Part shown: positions 57,987 to 62,707 of the stretch, piece by piece
How the letters are laid out: each line of letters starts with the position of its first letter
Numbering within the stretch: the stretch's first letter is position 1
DNA from: Verrucomicrobiota bacterium
Lineage (GTDB): Bacteria > Verrucomicrobiota > Verrucomicrobiia > Limisphaerales > UBA11358
Reading direction: 5' to 3'
Assembly: GCA_049523555.1 (NCBI GenBank)
Contig: JBEKMU010000007.1
Coordinates: forward strand, 1-62,707
DNA: 62,707 bases
Made by a program: the position numbers and the translations under genes
Notes under the pieces: generated by a model
The model's database searches: none
Told to the model about the DNA's origin: nothing
What the model saw: only the letters and a program-made list of their open reading frames with translations

Positions 57987-59828
57987 TCAGCGATGAGGAG
58001 CGGACAGCGTGACGCTCTGTCCGATGGCCGGAACTTTGAATGGCTTGGCGGAAGACGTCCGCCAGTCGAACCAGAGCCAGTGGAAATCGGGCGAATCCAG
58101 CGAGGTATCGAAATGGAACGCAACACAGGAAGGCAAACCCGATGCGTCCGATTCCAGAACTTCCACCGTGAGGCCGCCGAGATTGTAGCGGTCGCCTTTT
58201 TTACATTTGGGTTCGCTCACCAATGTGAAAGTGCTGAAGGCGTAGGTGATATGGATGGGACCGACATCGTCGCAGGAGAATATGTTCGGCCCGTGGGATT
58301 GAATCACCAGCGTTTTGTCATCGGTTCGTTGGACGTCAAAGCCCGTGCAACCCGGCACCAGCACCCGCAGGGTCCTGGGCAGTAACTGGTGATGATACGC
58401 TCTGTAAGAAGGTACATAAGCCGACTCAAGCGGGCAGACTGCATTGACAACGATCACATTTTCGTTCTCGATGTTTGGCCAATCAGGAGGAACGCGGCTC
58501 GCCCAAGTGAAAAGGTAAGAGTCAGCTTTAACCACTGCAACTCTTCCGGCGACCGCTCCCGGCCCATGTGCCAGAATCAGCAAGACACCGGCAGTCCAAG
58601 CTAGGATTCGGTAGCCCGACCATTCCGGCAACCGGCTTGGCCGGATGACCAGCCCGGCAACGAAACTGGCGATCAATCCATAAGCGCCGACCGCTATAAA
58701 GCCGAAGTTCTTGGACAATGGCACCAGCACTGCTTCGGGAATGGCTGCCAATATCATGACCGCAAACCAGAACGCGGCTGTTTTGTCCCGGCGCACCCAC
58801 GGGAGAAAAACCACCAAAGCCGCAACCACAAACACGCCATAAAGTGCAATAACTACCGGATGCAACGAAGGTTTAAGCGCGAACAAAAATTCCGGCGGCA
58901 CGCCGGTAAGCTGGCCTCCCAGCAGAACCGTGGTTCTAGGGATCAGTTCCCGCATAAAATAAAGCGGCTCATGGGCTGGATCAATGTAAATACCCACATG
59001 AGACAGACCGTAGCCGGAGAACGTATAGATGATGCGCCACGCGATAATCACCAAGACCGAAGGCAAAATCGTCAGCGCCCGGTTGTGAAAAGGTTCCGGC
59101 TCAAGCACCAGGGCATACGCGAGGATAAAGGCAAACGTGGAAGCTCCGCTTTCTTCCGCAAAAAGTGAAAGCGCCAGAAATAGAACGGACAGTCCGAGCG
59201 CGGAACGGGATTTTGTGGAACGCCATTGATGATGTTCGTAAAGACACAACAGGCCGAAGAAAAGCGCCAGTAAAAAGCCGCGGTTGGCGACAAACGCCAC
59301 GGGAAAGTAGGTATTGCCATCAAGCAGGAACAGCAGCGCCGCCAGTCCGGCGGCCCAACCCGTTCCCATCAGCTTCCGGTAAACCATCGTGAGGAGAAAC
59401 ACGACGGCCGCAAACCACGCGATGTTATGGGCGTGCATCAGCGCCGGCGAGTCGGGAAAGAGCCGGTAATCGAGCCAGTGCGTAAGCGCGGTGACCGGCC
59501 GGCAAAGACTCAATCTTAAATCGTCCGGCGTCCACCACGGCAAGGTGCCGTAGTTCTTCATCAAAACCATGCATTGTGGATTCCGGCTGAAGCCGAAGAG
59601 GTCAAAAAGGACAGTCGAGAATCTGCCGGAATCCGGGGGGTTGCCCGTCTCCTGCATTCGCGGCGGCAATTGGTCCGGCCGAAGCTCAACCGCGCGCTGA
59701 GGCAGATCATCCATGAACAGGCCGGTCTTCAAGGCGGGCAACATTACCAGTATCGCCCCAATCGCAAGAATCGCAGGAAGGTGGCGGTGCTCAAGAAATC
59801 GCTTCAGGACATTTAAGATTGTTGCCAT
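57987..59828 (-). CDS. GT-C fold (TMTC/PMT-like) membrane glycosyltransferase
   Basis: FMDD, CRPV, MHAHNI, ANR..LL, AEES; many TMs. Confidence 0.7.
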   Translation of the reverse strand: MATILNVLKRFLEHRHLPAILAIGAILVMLPALKTGLFMDDLPQRAVELRPDQLPPRMQETGNPPDSGRFSTVLFDLFGFSRNPQCMVLMKNYGTLPWWTPDDLRLSLCRPVTALTHWLDYRLFPDSPALMHAHNIAWFAAVVFLLTMVYRKLMGTGWAAGLAALLFLLDGNTYFPVAFVANRGFLLALFFGLLCLYEHHQWRSTKSRSALGLSVLFLALSLFAEESGASTFAFILAYALVLEPEPFHNRALTILPSVLVIIAWRIIYTFSGYGLSHVGIYIDPAHEPLYFMRELIPRTTVLLGGQLTGVPPEFLFALKPSLHPVVIALYGVFVVAALVVFLPWVRRDKTAAFWFAVMILAAIPEAVLVPLSKNFGFIAVGAYGLIASFVAGLVIRPSRLPEWSGYRILAWTAGVLLILAHGPGAVAGRVAVVKADSYLFTWASRVPPDWPNIENENVIVVNAVCPLESAYVPSYRAYHHQLLPRTLRVLVPGCTGFDVQRTDDKTLVIQSHGPNIFSCDDVGPIHITYAFSTFTLVSEPKCKKGDRYNLGGLTVEVLESDASGLPSCVAFHFDTSLDSPDFHWLWFDWRTSSAKPFKVPAIGQSVTLSAPHR

Positions 59829-59929
59829 TTCCGGCTCCGTTCCGCTTGGGGTTTTCCAACAAGCCCTTCTTACAAAATTTTGCGCCCAGCCGCCAAGAAT
59901 TTAATTTTCCACAAGACCCGGATTTGGTT

Positions 59930-60007
59930 TTGGAGTGGATTGAATTGAAACCGGATGAATCGCTGGAGAACGTCGCGCAGAAAATTTGTGACACGATTTC
60001 AAATTAA
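59930..60007 (+). repeat. third copy of miaA 3' end
   Basis: LEWIELKPDESLENVAQKICDTISN*; GAGTGGATTGAATTG at 59933-59947. Confidence 0.92.
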
Positions 60008-60156
60008 CCGCGGAGACGCAGAGATTGCTTAATGAAAAACTTCAGTTCGGCCTAACCTGCAGTTCGATGAACTCAATTACTTCTTCCGCCTTTTCGAGAT
60101 ACTCAAAAATCCGAGTATAGGTTATTCTGGTGCGTCCCACGCCTATTTGTCATGTC

Positions 60157-60846
60157 TCACTTCGTTTCTCTTGGTCTTCTGACGACGACATCAATTCCCG
60201 CCTTGTTTTTCGCGATCATGTTCGCAGGTAAAATGCCGCGCCAGAACACGTTCGGGTAAATCACCGCGCCGCGCCCGACGATGCTGCCGGGGTTCAACAC
60301 GGCGTTGCAGCCGATCTCCGCGCCGTCGCCGAGCAGCGCGCCAAATTTCCGCAAGCCGGTGTCGAACGGCTGGCCGTCTATCTCCACCTCGATGTTGCCG
60401 GGGAACAGTTTGTAGTTGGAGATTTTCACGCCCGCGCCGAGGTGCGCCTGGTGGCCAAGAATCGAGTCGCCGACGTAATTGTAGTGCGGCGCGACGGCAT
60501 GATTGAACAGCAGCGAGTTTTTCAATTCGGACGAATTGCCGACCACGCAGCCGTCGCCGATGATGACGTTTTCGCGGATATAGGCGTTGTGGCGGATCTG
60601 GCAATTTTTGCCGATGATGGCCGGGCCTTTGATCATCGCGCCGTCCTCGACCACCGTGCCTTCGCCAATGAAAACCTGCTCACTGATGAAGGCGCGGCCT
60701 TCACATTTGTTGTGGAGCGCCGGTTTGAGATTCGCGGCGAGGTAGGCTTCGATTTTTTTGAGCGCGTCCCAGGTGAATTTGCAGCCATCGAAGATGGCGG
60801 CGTGTTCGGTCTGGTCGAGGTCAAACAAGTCGGCTGGTTTGAACAT
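60157..60846 (-). CDS. left-handed beta-helix acyltransferase (GlmU C-terminal-like)
   Basis: Hexapeptide repeats, HYNYVGDSILG, TGLRKFGA. Confidence 0.88.
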   Translation of the reverse strand: MFKPADLFDLDQTEHAAIFDGCKFTWDALKKIEAYLAANLKPALHNKCEGRAFISEQVFIGEGTVVEDGAMIKGPAIIGKNCQIRHNAYIRENVIIGDGCVVGNSSELKNSLLFNHAVAPHYNYVGDSILGHQAHLGAGVKISNYKLFPGNIEVEIDGQPFDTGLRKFGALLGDGAEIGCNAVLNPGSIVGRGAVIYPNVFWRGILPANMIAKNKAGIDVVVRRPRETK

Positions 60847-60935
60847 GGCGGCAACTTAGGCGAAAGAACGCCGGCGGAAAAGTGAAATGAGACGCCATGG
60901 CCGGGCACGGCTGCAACTTGGCACTGGCGTCGACT

Positions 60936-61042
60936 CCCTCTCCCCGCCCGGGCGGGGAGAGGGCTGGAGCGAGGGGATTTGAGCCGGAAAATAATAGGCC
61001 TCCTCACCCCGCCCCTCTCCTCCTTTGGGGGAGGAGAGGGAG
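60936..61042. repeat. REP-like double hairpin (CCCTCTCCC...GGGAGAGGG family)
   Basis: Two GC-rich hairpins in a divergent intergenic region. Confidence 0.75.
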
Positions 61043-61140
61043 AAAAAATGGCAACGTCGAGTTGCGCCTCACCCGGCACTTTTGTCCGGATTTGGATTGG
61101 CACGCGCGGAGAATACGGCAAATTTTGACGGACGCGTTTT

Positions 61141-62127
61141 ATGCCCTTGCTCGAAGTCAAAAATGTGAAGGTGTATTTCCCGGTGAAGCACGGGCTGTTC
61201 AGCGGTGTCCACGAATTTGTGAAGGCGGTGGACGACGTGAGCTTCAGCCTCGAGCCGGGGGAAACGCTGGGGCTGGTCGGCGAGAGCGGCTGCGGCAAGA
61301 CGACGCTCGCCCGCGCCATCGTGCGGCTGGTCGAGCCGACGGCGGGCAGCGTTCTGCTCAACGGCGAGGACGTCACCCGGATGAGCGGTTCGGTGTTGCG
61401 CGCGCGGCGGCGGAAATTCCAGATGATTTTCCAGGACCCCTACGGCTCGCTTAATCCGCGCATGACCGTCGAGCAAATTGTCGGCGAGGCGCTTGACATC
61501 CACAAACTGGCCGGCAGCAAATCGGCGCGGCACAAACGCATCACCGAATTGCTGGCCGCGGTCGGCCTCGACCCGGTTCACGCGCAACGGTATCCGCACG
61601 AATTCAGCGGCGGGCAGCGCCAGCGCATCGGCATCGCGCGCGCGCTGGCGGTCGAGCCGGAACTGATCATTTGCGACGAACCGGTGAGCGCGTTGGACGT
61701 TTCGGTGCAAGCGCAAATCATCAATTTGCTCCGCGATTTGCAGCAGCAGCATCGCATCGCCTATCTCTTCATCGCGCACGACCTGGCCGTCGTGGAACAC
61801 ATCAGCCACCGCGTGATGGTGATGTATCTCGGCAAAATTGTGGAGACGGCGGACGCAAAAACGCTCATCCGCGAACCGCAGCATCCTTACACACAGGCGC
61901 TGATTTCCGCCGTGCCGGAAGTGGATCCGGAAACGAAGCGGCGTCGGATTGTCCTGCCAGGCGACGTGCCGTCACCGATACATCCGCCGCCGGGGTGCCC
62001 ATTCCATCCGCGCTGTCCGATTGCCGAAGAGCGATGCAAAACAGAAGTTCCAGCATTCCGGGAAGCCATGAAAAATCATTTCGCCGCGTGTCATTTGGCG
62101 GGAACGCAGATTGAGGCGCGGGTGTAA
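61141..62127 (+). CDS. oligopeptide/dipeptide ABC transporter ATP-binding protein (OppF/DppF-like)
   Basis: GESGCGKTT, FSGGQRQR, ICDEPVSALD, HPYT, GCPFHPRCP. Confidence 0.95.
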   Translation: MPLLEVKNVKVYFPVKHGLFSGVHEFVKAVDDVSFSLEPGETLGLVGESGCGKTTLARAIVRLVEPTAGSVLLNGEDVTRMSGSVLRARRRKFQMIFQDPYGSLNPRMTVEQIVGEALDIHKLAGSKSARHKRITELLAAVGLDPVHAQRYPHEFSGGQRQRIGIARALAVEPELIICDEPVSALDVSVQAQIINLLRDLQQQHRIAYLFIAHDLAVVEHISHRVMVMYLGKIVETADAKTLIREPQHPYTQALISAVPEVDPETKRRRIVLPGDVPSPIHPPPGCPFHPRCPIAEERCKTEVPAFREAMKNHFAACHLAGTQIEARV

Positions 62128-62153
62128 ATTCCGTTCGTGCCGGCGGCTTGAAC

Positions 62154-62227
62154 TGGAGCGGGCGATGGGAATCGAACCCACGTGTGAAGCTTGGAAGGCT
62201 TCCGTTCTACCATTGAACTACGCCCGC
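62154..62227 (-). tRNA. tRNA-Gly(TCC)
   Basis: GCGGGCGTAGTTCAATGGTAGAACGGAAGCCTTCCAAGCTTCACACGTGGGTTCGATTCCCATCGCCCGCTCCA. Confidence 0.97.
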
Positions 62228-62414
62228 CTACGTTCCGCGTTGCGGAACTACGGCGCGGCAGGCCCGCCACACCGTAGCAAACCCGGCTCGTCGAGCCGAA
62301 GCTCAAAGAGCGAAGGCTGACGCGGCAAGCCCGCTAAACCGTATAAACCGTAGCGAACTTAGCCCGCTTGTCGAGCCGTAGCCTAAAGGGCGAAGGCTGA
62401 CGCGGCAAGCCCGC
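62228..62414. repeat. BIME-like tandem of REP hairpins upstream of tRNA-Gly
   Basis: Two ~65-bp units (62271-62334, 62347-62414) ending GCGAAGGCTGACGCGGCAAGCCCGC, plus an inverted unit next to the tRNA. Confidence 0.8.
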
Positions 62415-62486
62415 AAGACTTGCTGCGCGTTGAATCATAATCTCCGTACTTGCCTTGTCAATTCCGCGCGTGTATCGTCGCCACGC

Positions 62487-62707
62487 ATGGCAGCGTTGCT
62501 TCTCACCGGCGGGCGCGTCGTGGACCCGGCCAATCGTCTCGACGCAAAGACAGACGTTTTAATTTCGGAAGGTAAAATCGCGGCAGTCGGCGCGGACGCG
62601 GCGAAAAAGGCGCCGCGCGACGCCGAACGAATGGCGGTGAACGGCCTGGTGGTTTGTCCCGGCTTGATTGATTTGCACGTCCATTTACGCGAACCGGGGC
62701 AAACGGC
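62487..62707 (+). CDS. pyrC: dihydroorotase, 5' part (runs off window)
   Basis: GGRVVDP...PGLIDLHVHLREPGQ. Confidence 0.9.
   Translation, partial: MAALLLTGGRVVDPANRLDAKTDVLISEGKIAAVGADAAKKAPRDAERMAVNGLVVCPGLIDLHVHLREPGQT

Noticed and set aside
55111-60007. Classical integron cassette array
   Set aside because: The repeats are coding-sequence copies, not attC palindromes with RYYYAAC/GTTRRRY ends, and there is no intI.
62228-62414. CRISPR array
   Set aside because: Only two degenerate units, no unique spacers of regular length, no cas genes.

Overview
GC-rich bacterial chromosome segment. Gene content and repeat style suggest Verrucomicrobiota (Pedosphaera/Limisphaera-like); this is inference, not a database result. 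The left ~20 kb is a surface-glycan synthesis and modification region: Wzx flippase, GT2/GT4 glycosyltransferases, several SAM/FkbM methyltransferases, an OafA-type acyltransferase, a radical SAM protein, a GMC oxidoreductase plus epimerase, and GT-C-like membrane proteins. The rest is mostly housekeeping genes (yajQ frameshifted, infA, thiS/thiH, alr, proA, argA, tal, hemE/N/G/H, lgt, miaA, pyrC, tRNA-Thr, tRNA-Gly). The most striking pattern is that small glycan-modification cassettes of 1-4 genes sit between direct, slightly diverged duplications of the end of a resident gene at five sites: GT4 3' end, GT4 5' end (twice), MBL-hydrolase 3' end, miaA 3' end (twice) and tRNA-Thr 3' end. The resident gene is left intact each time, and no integrase or transposase is present in the window. 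A second pattern is that REP-like palindromes and short tandem repeats are inserted in-frame in at least eight core proteins. Also present are a divergent pair of ribbon-helix-helix genes with operator-like repeats and a candidate structured RNA.
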